DNA from: a virus
Lineage: Duplodnaviria; Caudoviricetes
DNA: 64,000 nucleotides
Direction: 5' to 3' (one strand)
IMG/VR virus record: IMGVR_UViG_3300031414_000007
Span: 128,001 to 192,000 of that record
The position numbers were made by a program, and so were the translations under genes. The notes beneath the pieces were generated by a model. The model did not search any database. It had not been told where the DNA came from and saw only the letters and a program-made list of their open reading frames with translations. Shown piece after piece: positions 48,597-57,085 of this stretch (positions within the stretch are counted from its first letter, which is position 1; every line of letters starts with the position of its first letter).

Positions 48597-48616
48597 AAAA
48601 GGGGCCGAAGCCCCTT
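48597..48616 (-). terminator. Rho-independent terminator
   Basis: Minus strand AGGGGC-TTCG-GCCCC-TTTT. Confidence 0.8.
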
Positions 48617-48956
48617 AGAATGTCCAACGTGTTAACCAAGCGATTAAACCTGAGAGAATACCAATGTGAGACAGATACGCATACTGCAACACGTAACCCT
48701 TTACGTAGTGTTTGAGTCCACCAGCATACATCCCATCATAAACGGCAGCTATTATGGTGAACGACATTACGTAGGTGAATACGTGCCACTTCGTCATCTC
48801 CATTACTTCATTGCAGAACACAATCAGAAAGAGAGCGACGGCCATGAGGTATACAGTGCGTTTGATTTCCGTCAGGTTGATACCAAGCACGACAGGACGC
48901 ATCAGAAACGCAGCGAGTATCGACACCCAGATTAACGTTTCGTAATCGGTTGACAT
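48615..48956 (-). CDS. Small integral membrane protein (3-4 TM)
   Basis: Hydrophobic segments LIWVSILAAFL, VYLMAVALFLIVFC, VFTYVMSFTIIAAVY and IGILSGLIAWL. Start moved to ATG 48956. Confidence 0.65.
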   Translation of the reverse strand: MSTDYETLIWVSILAAFLMRPVVLGINLTEIKRTVYLMAVALFLIVFCNEVMEMTKWHVFTYVMSFTIIAAVYDGMYAGGLKHYVKGYVLQYAYLSHIGILSGLIAWLTRWTF

Positions 48957-48957
48957 A

Positions 48958-49671
48958 TTAGACACCCTGATTAGCAAGATAGGTATCGGTAATGTTCGAG
49001 GTCTTCTCTACGTTACCACGAATGTAACCTATCTCGAATACCTGAACGTTGTGTTTGACAACAGCTTCACCAACTGTTTCACACGCGCCGCTATTTAGAT
49101 CGAGGAAGGCCTGACACAAACGCTCTGCTACAGGCTTGGCCAAGATCTTCATCAGCGTGTGCTTTTGGATTGCAGTCAGCTTGATAGGCAGTGCGTCGAT
49201 CTCACGCTCGATATTCTTACGACCGCCGTGATAAATCCAACGACAGATAGTTGCAGTCAAAGGCTTTTGGTGAGTCTTCGAAGGCAACGTGTAGATGTAA
49301 GTCATCAGTCGGTAGAACAGGCTGCCGTCGATTGCGCGTTTCTTGAGGTCATCAAGATACTTACCGACAGGACTCAGCTTGCCTTTCTGTGGTTCCATCT
49401 GGTCAAGTTTGAGATCAACGTCAAGTCCATATCGACGCAGCGTTTCAGAATGGCCGAACACAAAGACAATGTGATCAGGCATATCACGAATAGCAACAGC
49501 GTTACGGCTATACTCTTTCTCGCCGACAACGAACATGTACTTACGATATTTCTTGGCAGGGTCAATGACACCACCAAGTGGAACGAAGGTCACACGATCG
49601 GCCTGACCTTTCTTTCTCAGCCAGCCCAGCACCTGCTCAGGGCTTTGCCGCGTTACTGCGATTACAGGCAT
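48958..49671 (-). CDS. Hypothetical protein
   Basis: 237 aa in the Rad50 operon. Confidence 0.6.
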   Translation of the reverse strand: MPVIAVTRQSPEQVLGWLRKKGQADRVTFVPLGGVIDPAKKYRKYMFVVGEKEYSRNAVAIRDMPDHIVFVFGHSETLRRYGLDVDLKLDQMEPQKGKLSPVGKYLDDLKKRAIDGSLFYRLMTYIYTLPSKTHQKPLTATICRWIYHGGRKNIEREIDALPIKLTAIQKHTLMKILAKPVAERLCQAFLDLNSGACETVGEAVVKHNVQVFEIGYIRGNVEKTSNITDTYLANQGV

Positions 49672-49673
49672 CG

Positions 49674-49997
49674 TTACTCCACCGTGTTAAGGGCTTGTGC
49701 CGTGTACTCACGCAGAGTACGTTCGATATTCTGCGCCAGCGTCGGGTGACAGATAAGCTGGTGGTCTTTCATGTACACACGCAGCGAAGGACGCATCACC
49801 TTGCGAACCTGTGGATAGAGACCGAAGATTTTATGCAGAGGAGTCTTGTAATAAAACTCCTCCTGCTCGTCCATGCAGTTAATGTTTGCCACAACTTCGT
49901 ACTTGGCAAAGATAGCTGGGTTACGATTGATGTACGCAGGTTCAATCGGCACACCGCCTTTCTCGTGATCGCTATTGAGATTACCGAAGATCATCAC
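49674..49997 (-). CDS. Hypothetical protein
   Basis: 107 aa, coupled to the Rad50-like gene. Confidence 0.6.
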   Translation of the reverse strand: MMIFGNLNSDHEKGGVPIEPAYINRNPAIFAKYEVVANINCMDEQEEFYYKTPLHKIFGLYPQVRKVMRPSLRVYMKDHQLICHPTLAQNIERTLREYTAQALNTVE

Positions 49998-52324
49998 ATT
50001 ACCTTACGCGTTAACTTAGACACACCACCCTGCTTGGTGATAGTCCATTGATTGTCAGAGAAGTGCTCAACGTCCAGAGGAGTAATCCAATAAACGTTAG
50101 GAATGATTTGCTTGAGAATCGGGAGGAAATTCTTCACGATATGATCGCGTGTCGCATCACTACATGAGTTCTCAGGTTCATCGAGCACAATAAAGTTTGT
50201 ACGTCGATTAGCAGGAATGAATGGCATGATCGCAACAGCAAACAACAAGCGGAAACAGTTTGTCTCTGCACCACTCATGATTGCAATGTCAGTCGTCTTC
50301 TTCGACACCAGACGAGTAACGGTTGCACCAACACCCTGCTTGGTAGTAAACAGTTCGAAGTGCATAGGCTCAGGGAACACCAGACCAGAGTATTCGTTCA
50401 GCTTCTTCTCAATCTGTTTGAGACGGCCTTCAACCGCTTTCAGTTTGAGAGCATTGTTGCTGTACGCCTTATACAGGACTTCGAATACCTTGCGCTTGTC
50501 GATCAGAGGTTGCAGGTCTGCGAGCTTGTTGCGAAGTTCACGTAACGTTTCTTCGTAGTGTTCGTGCTCCTGAATGCGCATCTGGATGTTCTGCGCCTTA
50601 CGCTCTTTCTTCTCAATGTCTGCGATCAGCTTCTCAACTTCGCCGCTAACCTTTTTGTACTCACCATCAATCAGATAGAACTCACGGTCAGGCTTACCAA
50701 CGCCTTTGATTGCAGCACGAAGGTCTTTCAGAATCTCAAGATCCTTGATTCGGTTCTTGATTGTCTTACGGGCTTTCTTAGGCTGCTTAACCGCTTTAGG
50801 TTTCTTGAGCGCATCACGCTTGGCCACCAGCTTCTCATACTTCTTCGCTGTCTCGAACTGTTCTTCGATTTCATCCAGCTTAGTGCCGACTGCATTGAGT
50901 TGCTTTTCAAGGTCTTTACGTTTATGCTTCGGCTTCTTGACCTTCTCTGCCTGCAATTCAGTGAGCTGGTCATTCAGCTTGTAGTAGTCGAGAGCTTCGA
51001 TGCACTCGTCAATGATCGACTGAGCTTTCGTTGCAGCGCGAGCCATAGCTTTAAGGTCAACATCTTGCCCACAGGTAGGACATGAGTTGCCGTCGTGATC
51101 GTGTTCCTGAAACGCACGATACGCCTGAACTATTGCTTTGGATTCTGCGCGGGCATCTTGTGCCTCTTCCTGAGTTCGTTTAGGAGCTTTGAGCTTAGAC
51201 AGCTTTTTACTGAGCTTGTCCACGGCTTCTCGCCAGTCGTCGTACTCTTCCTGTTGTTCATCGACTTTCTCCAGTAACGCTTCGAGGCTCTCTTCCTCTT
51301 TTATCAGTGCTCCGTGCTTCTTACGCAGCTTCTTGTTGTCAAGCGCCGCAACGTCACCGAGTGCTTTGATTTTCTTTTTGACTTCTGATAGCTCGGACTG
51401 ATATTCGTCCAGTGCTTCCACAAAGTCATCGTAACGGTCATGCTCAATCAACAGACCACGTAAGGTATTCAGTTCACCTTTGAGATCGTCCGTCTCGATA
51501 CCTAACGTGTCGAGTTCATGCTTGAGCTTCTCGTACTTCTTCGCGGTTGTGCGCTGAGTACCTAGTTCAATCAGGAGTTCCGACAGTTCGTTACGTTTGG
51601 CTTTCATCTTATCCGACTGCTTGATGATTGCAGTCAGCGTGTTCTTTTCTTCGGCGTGAATCGACAGCGCATTTTGTTTACGCTGTGTAACGTCCAGCAT
51701 GTCCGCCAGACCTTTCGATTCTGTCTCGGCATCTTTAGCCAAGTCCAGTTTCTTCTTCAACGCCGCACGAATGTTATCGAACACATCCAGATTGAATAAC
51801 GAGGTCAGGTATTTTAAACGATCAGCAGGTTGCGCACGTTGGAAGGGATGCGGTATCTGCGACTGAATGTAGGCATAGCTGTAGAACTCGTCTTTCGACA
51901 ACGGCCAATGCTTTGAGATCCACGAACGCGCTACGTCCTGACGACCTACCTTCTGGTCTTCACCGTTGTAATAAACTTTGTAGCTCTTGGCTGTTTGCTC
52001 GATACGAACAATACCGCCCAACGGAGATTGCCATGACAGATCGATAACGCTGCCCTTACTGAGCATGTTACCCTTGTCTTTCTTTTTCAGAGCGAGAGGG
52101 TCAGCTTCGTAAAGCAGCGTAGGTATTGCACCGAACAGGAGACTTTTGCCTACGCCGTTCGTATTGTCTTTAACGTTTGGACTGTCGAGGTTTCTGCCGC
52201 AGATAGTTGCGAAGCCTTCACTGTCCAATGTGTCAATATCAAGTTCTTTGTACACACCAACATCGCGGAGATGAATCTCTTTTAATCCGATGCCGTGGTT
52301 CTGCTTTTGCTTCGCTTTGGCCAT
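49994..52324 (-). CDS. Rad50/SbcC/gp46-like SMC ATPase
   Basis: Split Walker A G.N...NGVGKS, long coiled coil, zinc hook CPTCG, signature MSGAE, Walker B/D-loop LDEPE. Confidence 0.92.
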   Translation of the reverse strand: MAKAKQKQNHGIGLKEIHLRDVGVYKELDIDTLDSEGFATICGRNLDSPNVKDNTNGVGKSLLFGAIPTLLYEADPLALKKKDKGNMLSKGSVIDLSWQSPLGGIVRIEQTAKSYKVYYNGEDQKVGRQDVARSWISKHWPLSKDEFYSYAYIQSQIPHPFQRAQPADRLKYLTSLFNLDVFDNIRAALKKKLDLAKDAETESKGLADMLDVTQRKQNALSIHAEEKNTLTAIIKQSDKMKAKRNELSELLIELGTQRTTAKKYEKLKHELDTLGIETDDLKGELNTLRGLLIEHDRYDDFVEALDEYQSELSEVKKKIKALGDVAALDNKKLRKKHGALIKEEESLEALLEKVDEQQEEYDDWREAVDKLSKKLSKLKAPKRTQEEAQDARAESKAIVQAYRAFQEHDHDGNSCPTCGQDVDLKAMARAATKAQSIIDECIEALDYYKLNDQLTELQAEKVKKPKHKRKDLEKQLNAVGTKLDEIEEQFETAKKYEKLVAKRDALKKPKAVKQPKKARKTIKNRIKDLEILKDLRAAIKGVGKPDREFYLIDGEYKKVSGEVEKLIADIEKKERKAQNIQMRIQEHEHYEETLRELRNKLADLQPLIDKRKVFEVLYKAYSNNALKLKAVEGRLKQIEKKLNEYSGLVFPEPMHFELFTTKQGVGATVTRLVSKKTTDIAIMSGAETNCFRLLFAVAIMPFIPANRRTNFIVLDEPENSCSDATRDHIVKNFLPILKQIIPNVYWITPLDVEHFSDNQWTITKQGGVSKLTRKVM

Positions 52325-52527
52325 TAGATATACTCGAAGGTTTCTTCCTGAATAAGACCTTTACCGTGAATCTGCTCGAACACTTCGATCTCGTCATCGG
52401 TATACGGCTCGGCTGCTTCTGCAATCACATCGTAACTGACAGATTCGTCTTTGCGGCCTTCACCGTAGTAATGAACAGGCTTGACGATGCGCCAGACAGG
52501 GACTTGGATTAGTTCGCGCTTTAACAT
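52324..52527 (-). CDS. Hypothetical protein
   Basis: 67 aa, stop/start overlap coupling. Confidence 0.55.
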   Translation of the reverse strand: MLKRELIQVPVWRIVKPVHYYGEGRKDESVSYDVIAEAAEPYTDDEIEVFEQIHGKGLIQEETFEYI

Positions 52528-52736
52528 TAGTGGAATACCGCAGTTGGTTCAACCCACAATTCAGCAGCGTTATACTTTTTACGCAGCTCGTTCAGTACGG
52601 TATCAGACACAGGGCTGGTGGACGAGAAGATGCACTGAGGCACTTTCTCTTCCTGTCCTGTTACCGGATTAATATCGTGGTCGTGACGCATTACGTTCCA
52701 GCGTTTGCTTACGTGGATATTGATAGTGTGTTCCAT
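52527..52736 (-). CDS. Hypothetical protein
   Basis: 69 aa, first gene after the CTGTAAATA motif. Confidence 0.55.
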   Translation of the reverse strand: MEHTINIHVSKRWNVMRHDHDINPVTGQEEKVPQCIFSSTSPVSDTVLNELRKKYNAAELWVEPTAVFH

Positions 52737-52797
52737 AGTTGTATGCCCAGGTTTGGTATGAAAGATACTGCTTATTTACAGTTTCTAGGCGTATAGA

Positions 52798-52831
52798 CAA
52801 AAAGAAGGGCCACCAGCAATGGCAGCCCCGT
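52798..52831 (-). terminator. Probable terminator
   Basis: Minus strand GGGCTGCCATTGCTGGTGGCCC-TTCTTTTT. Confidence 0.65.
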
Positions 52832-52833
52832 CT

Positions 52834-53283
52834 TTAATAGCGTCTTGGTTTCTTCGGCTTCTTAATCTTGACCGACTTCGGACGTTTGATACGCTGCAAG
52901 GCCTTACGTGCCTCAGCAATCTGACCAGACAGAGTAGCACGTTGTTTCTTCACGGCATCCGTATCTTGGTCTGTGCCTTTCAGTTTATCAAGGCGGTTCC
53001 ATTCTTTGACCAAACGATCAACGACAGCAGCACGACTGACACGTTGCTGGTTGGTACGCACAATATCCTGCTGCGTCTTTACCGAGCGTTGCGCTTCTAA
53101 TACTTTGGCACGTCCTGACTCAATGCCTTTCGTATCACCGTCAGACTGTTTTTCGTTGAGCGTCTTACGTGCCACGGTTGCTCTGCGTTGTGCTCCTTTC
53201 AGATCATCACGCGAGTTCTCTAAACTGACTTTCGTTTCTTCAAGTGGGCTGGTACGCGCACTCAAGCTAATGAGGATTTTCAT
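52834..53283 (-). CDS. Basic coiled-coil protein with N-terminal ISLS motif
   Basis: 149 aa. Starts MKILISLSA. K/R-rich C-terminus. Confidence 0.65.
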   Translation of the reverse strand: MKILISLSARTSPLEETKVSLENSRDDLKGAQRRATVARKTLNEKQSDGDTKGIESGRAKVLEAQRSVKTQQDIVRTNQQRVSRAAVVDRLVKEWNRLDKLKGTDQDTDAVKKQRATLSGQIAEARKALQRIKRPKSVKIKKPKKPRRY

Positions 53284-53299
53284 AACGGCTCCAGAAATG

Positions 53300-53326
53300 A
53301 AAAAGGGCAGCCGAAGCCACCCTTTT
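53300..53326 (-). terminator. Rho-independent terminator
   Basis: Minus strand GGGTGGC-TTCG-GCTGCCC-TTTTT. Confidence 0.85.
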
Positions 53327-53414
53327 GTAGAATGGCGCGCTATGCACCCGACTGTTAAGTCTACTACGGTTATTTTACCTCGCAGTAGTCAGCGAGGAGA
53401 TTGGGATCACCTCC

Positions 53415-53951
53415 TCATGCTGATTGAAGATCGACAACTTCCTCGTCTTCTATATCAGCGGCAGACCACGAACGAAGCACGGACGCATTGCCGCGATTGC
53501 CCGTCAGCATAGATTTAACTGCTGGTTTGGCATCGCGCTCTGCATAGTAGTTGCTAAGAGCGTTCTCATTAGCGAACCACAAAATGGAGTGACCACCTTT
53601 AGGGCAGATCAGGAATTGTGCTGGACGCTGCGGAACGTTCAACGTCATATAAAAATCACCAGCACCAGTAGGACCCATCATAGGCATGGGTTTCATGATC
53701 TGCATAAAATCGTTGGCATCTTTAAGGCGAGTATCGCCTAACAGCCAGAGAGCACCTTCTTCACCTTCACGCACGGCAGACAATGTACCTTTGCGAGTAG
53801 TGATTGAACCGAATACATCCTGATCAAATCGAGCCAGACCAAAGATAAGCGATGCGAGTTTCTTTAAATCAGGAGTGGTGCATGGGCTATCAATTTTCGC
53901 CATGCCCTCAGACCCAATTGTAATCTTCGACAGTGATACAAAGATTTCCAT
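53415..53951 (-). CDS. Hypothetical protein with N-terminal VSLS motif
   Basis: 178 aa. Starts MEIFVSLSK. TAATTTT upstream. Confidence 0.6.
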   Translation of the reverse strand: MEIFVSLSKITIGSEGMAKIDSPCTTPDLKKLASLIFGLARFDQDVFGSITTRKGTLSAVREGEEGALWLLGDTRLKDANDFMQIMKPMPMMGPTGAGDFYMTLNVPQRPAQFLICPKGGHSILWFANENALSNYYAERDAKPAVKSMLTGNRGNASVLRSWSAADIEDEEVVDLQSA

Positions 53952-54018
53952 TTATTGTCTTCCAGAGCTGTATGATTAATTGTAGTTAAAATTATCGTTC
54001 AGTCAGACATTTCTGAAA

Positions 54019-54051
54019 TAAAAATGGGCAGCACTTTGGCCACCCATTTTT
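54019..54051 (-). terminator. Rho-independent terminator
   Basis: Minus strand ATGGGTGGCCAAAGTGCTGCCCAT-TTTT. Confidence 0.7.
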
Positions 54052-54061
54052 CACTTATTTA

Positions 54062-55345
54062 TCACTTCTTCTTTTTCTTTTTCTTCTTAGGCTCGTCGTC
54101 TTCTTCGTCGTCGTTGCCTAAATCAACAGTCAACTTACCGCTGTAGATGTTCGCCATCACTTCGGTAATTCCAGTCTCCAGCATAATATCTGCCGGCACC
54201 GAAGTTGAGTTGAATGCCACTTCTGCATCAGCCAGAGCTTTCTGCAAATACACCAAACTGACCAGATTGACTTTGATGTTGTCTTTCTTGATCATGTTCA
54301 TGAACATCTTGAGGCCCGCAGACTGCCACTTGTTCGTTTCGGCGTAATGCCCCAACACACCGTGAATAATCCAACGAGCTTTCGCTACGATTGCACGAGG
54401 GTTGTTTGCTTCCCGCAGGAACTGAATAACGCCTATCAGGTCCATACTGAGATAAGCACCGATCATCTGAACGGCTTTCGCTTCCATGTCGATTTCTGGA
54501 TCAGCAGCAGCCAGTTCAGCAACGAGGTTCTTATCAAAGTCTTCACCACCACGAACAGAGGCGTAGATGTTTTGCAGCATGGTGATTGCACCACGCATTT
54601 GTCCACCAGCGTACTCTGCTACCTGATGAAGTGCCGCTTCTGCTTTATCACGCGCCTTGTCTTTCTTCGGCAGGATATCAAGCTGACCACTGATCTCAAT
54701 CAGGCGTTTATGAATCACGTCAGTTGCAATCGGTCTGATCGGCAGTTGCGTCATACGACTGATCATCGTGCCTTTCATCTTCTCAGGGTTCGTTGTTACG
54801 AAGATGAAGACTACGTGCGCTGGAGGCTGTTCGGTAATCTTGAGCAGCTTGGATTCAGCAGCACTGGACATGAGGTGCGATTCATCGAAGATGAACACAC
54901 GACGTTTGAACATAGGGCTTAACGGGGCCGAGTCAACAATCTTCTGTGAGCCTTCAACTTTACCTGCATCGCCGCCCATATCGAACTCTTGTTCGTCAGG
55001 ATGTGCGCCACGGTCGTGCATCTCACACGAACGACACTTACCGCAGGCGGAGAACGAATCGCAGTTGATGTACTTCGCAACCAGACGTGCGAACGTTGTC
55101 TTGCCTGAACCGAGATGACCTGTGATGATCATTGTTGACGGAATCGTTTTCGACTTCTGCCAACCTTTCATGATCTTCACGATGTGGTCTTGACCAACGT
55201 AATCTTCGATACGCTTCGGTCGGAACTGATCTGCAAAGTTAACCGTGGTCAACTCAACAGACTCGGAAGAACCGCTTTTCTTTTTCGATGGCTTATCGTC
55301 ACCGAACGAACGCGACTTCTTCTTTTTCTTTTCTTCTTTCGCCAT
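54062..55345 (-). CDS. dnaX: Clamp loader ATPase, DnaX (gamma/tau)-like
   Basis: YRP-like FRPKRIEDYVGQDH, GHLGSGKTT, zinc motif C..FSACGKCRSC, IFDESH, LLKITEQPP, SRC-like ISRM. Confidence 0.9.
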   Translation of the reverse strand: MAKEEKKKKKSRSFGDDKPSKKKSGSSESVELTTVNFADQFRPKRIEDYVGQDHIVKIMKGWQKSKTIPSTMIITGHLGSGKTTFARLVAKYINCDSFSACGKCRSCEMHDRGAHPDEQEFDMGGDAGKVEGSQKIVDSAPLSPMFKRRVFIFDESHLMSSAAESKLLKITEQPPAHVVFIFVTTNPEKMKGTMISRMTQLPIRPIATDVIHKRLIEISGQLDILPKKDKARDKAEAALHQVAEYAGGQMRGAITMLQNIYASVRGGEDFDKNLVAELAAADPEIDMEAKAVQMIGAYLSMDLIGVIQFLREANNPRAIVAKARWIIHGVLGHYAETNKWQSAGLKMFMNMIKKDNIKVNLVSLVYLQKALADAEVAFNSTSVPADIMLETGITEVMANIYSGKLTVDLGNDDEEDDEPKKKKKKKK

Positions 55346-55398
55346 TTTACTTCGCCCTTTATTTTGATGCGTTACACCAGTAATTTACAGATTTTAGA

Positions 55399-55438
55399 CA
55401 AAAAGAAAGGACCACATCTCAAAGTGAGAGGGTCCTTA
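55399..55438 (-). terminator. Probable terminator
   Basis: Minus strand AAGGACC...GGTCCTT followed by TCTTTTT. Confidence 0.6.
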
Positions 55439-55484
55439 TTTATAAGGTGTTGGATGATAACACATCGGCAGTGGGCGCTGACGA

Positions 55485-55682
55485 TTAGGCAAAGCACATT
55501 TCCCAGCGTGGTACAACGCGGAAGAACTGCTTAAAGTTGGACGGCGGATTCTTCTTGATTGATTCAAGTTTCTGTTCCACTACGTCATAATCTTTTATGC
55601 CACTCTCTACGGTGTGAGTGGTGAATGTACCGTCAGCCTGAATCAAGTCGGCGACAACACGGTAGCTTGGTTTACGAAGCAT
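55485..55682 (-). CDS. Hypothetical protein
   Basis: 65 aa. GGAG RBS. CTGTAAACA motif upstream. Confidence 0.6.
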   Translation of the reverse strand: MLRKPSYRVVADLIQADGTFTTHTVESGIKDYDVVEQKLESIKKNPPSNFKQFFRVVPRWEMCFA

Positions 55683-55736
55683 CTATTCTCCTGTGTAAAA
55701 ATTTTCTCGTTCTTCTGAATTATGTTTACAGTTTAC

Positions 55737-56105
55737 TGTGAGTAGTCACACAAGGATAAAGTCAGACAAATCTTAAACTCCAATAGGCTCTCAATCAAGA
55801 ACATATTGGAGTCCACCCTAGCCAGATGACGGTCTAGCCAGGGCTTTCTCCCCGTGTCTTTCAATTGCACCGACACGGTAGCGCTCGCGGTCTTACGCTC
55901 TCTGCGGCTTGCGAACATATCGGCAGGTAGCAGGGTTCGCAGCCTAGAGCAGCCGCTTTCGGCCATTAGCGATAACGCGGTGTTACGCTAGTTGGCCTGA
56001 CTCTGTGGCCGAGTCTGTACAAAAAAGAGTTCGGCCTATCCCCAAATTCGGCAAAAGAAACAGGCCGAACTAAACAGTCAGCGCAAACTCCCTATGCACT
56101 GTTTT
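55737..56105 (-). ncRNA. Candidate structured non-coding RNA (unknown class)
   Basis: Intergenic region covered by about 9 inverted repeats. G-U pairs complete the stems only on the minus strand. A CTAATTT motif lies at 56116-56122. Confidence 0.45.
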
Positions 56106-56150
56106 GTACTGTAACAAATTAGAAACATCCTGCAATAAATCAGACAATTC

Positions 56151-56738
56151 TTAGTCTAACATTGGAATAAGATTTTGCAGGAAATGCTCACGATCAAACG
56201 ACGAAATTCTGTGCGGATGATCGATGTGCATGTTCCATGGTTTGTTAAACAACAGGACGCTACGAGGCAGCACCAGTTGTTCACCGACGCGAGTGAACTT
56301 GTCACGCACGGCAGTAACAGGATTATCATCGACAAGGACGTAGGTACCTTCGCCGTGTACTTCGTTCAGGTACGCAATCTTGTCAGGATGCTGGCGGCTA
56401 TCCAAAACATGAATGTGATCGAACAACGACAGGTGCTTCTCCAAAGACTTGCGCGTGTTGCGCTCACCTTTATCATGATAGCCTCGATGCGTACAAATGC
56501 CTGCACTGAAACCATCACGTACCAACATCGCAACTGTCTGGATGAAGTAGTCACGCATGTTGGCTTCAAGCATAAAGCGTCCGTCTTCCAACATATCAAT
56601 AAACGGCTGCTTACCATTCTCAGGCGTGATGTAGGAATCGGTGCCTGGATAGATCCCCCAGTTCATCAGATAACACAACATAAAGTTATGCGTGTCGAAT
56701 GCTGTGTCGTCCATGTCGAAGAAAATCTTCTTAATCAT
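56151..56738 (-). CDS. HAD-superfamily 5'(3')-deoxyribonucleotidase (NT5C-like)
   Basis: IFFDMDDT, HPDK, LVDDNP and LFNKPWN motifs. Confidence 0.8.
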   Translation of the reverse strand: MIKKIFFDMDDTAFDTHNFMLCYLMNWGIYPGTDSYITPENGKQPFIDMLEDGRFMLEANMRDYFIQTVAMLVRDGFSAGICTHRGYHDKGERNTRKSLEKHLSLFDHIHVLDSRQHPDKIAYLNEVHGEGTYVLVDDNPVTAVRDKFTRVGEQLVLPRSVLLFNKPWNMHIDHPHRISSFDREHFLQNLIPMLD

Positions 56739-57082
56739 TAGTGCCTCGTACTTTTGACAACCAAAGGAATGTCATTGATGAAAGCGAGAGTTAGCAACTC
56801 ACCGTTATGGCGCAATCGCATTTCATCGGCATTCATTACGACAACAATATCGGCGAGAGGATCTACCTTGAACGTTGGGACTTCGATAAGCTGTGCTTCC
56901 ACTTCGCTTTCTTCGTCGTCAACAACGTAATAGCCTCCATACATTAATACAGTGTCACCCGAATCTACAAGATGACCAACGATACACTCGTCACCATCAA
57001 TAACCATATGCAGTGGTTGATCGATGTAGTAACCGTTACCGTCATCTGAGTCGAACTCAAAGTCGAAGTCCTCGTCGCCCAT
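56738..57082 (-). CDS. Hypothetical acidic protein
   Basis: 114 aa, D/E-rich, coupled. Confidence 0.6.
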   Translation of the reverse strand: MGDEDFDFEFDSDDGNGYYIDQPLHMVIDGDECIVGHLVDSGDTVLMYGGYYVVDDEESEVEAQLIEVPTFKVDPLADIVVVMNADEMRLRHNGELLTLAFINDIPLVVKSTRH

Positions 57083-57085
57083 AGT

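Noticed and set aside
55733-55966. 77-aa minus-strand ORF inside the hairpin-rich region, considered as a tmRNA tag or leader peptide
   Set aside because: TTG-type weak start, no RBS, no tmRNA termini or ALAA-type tag. The region is better explained by RNA structure.
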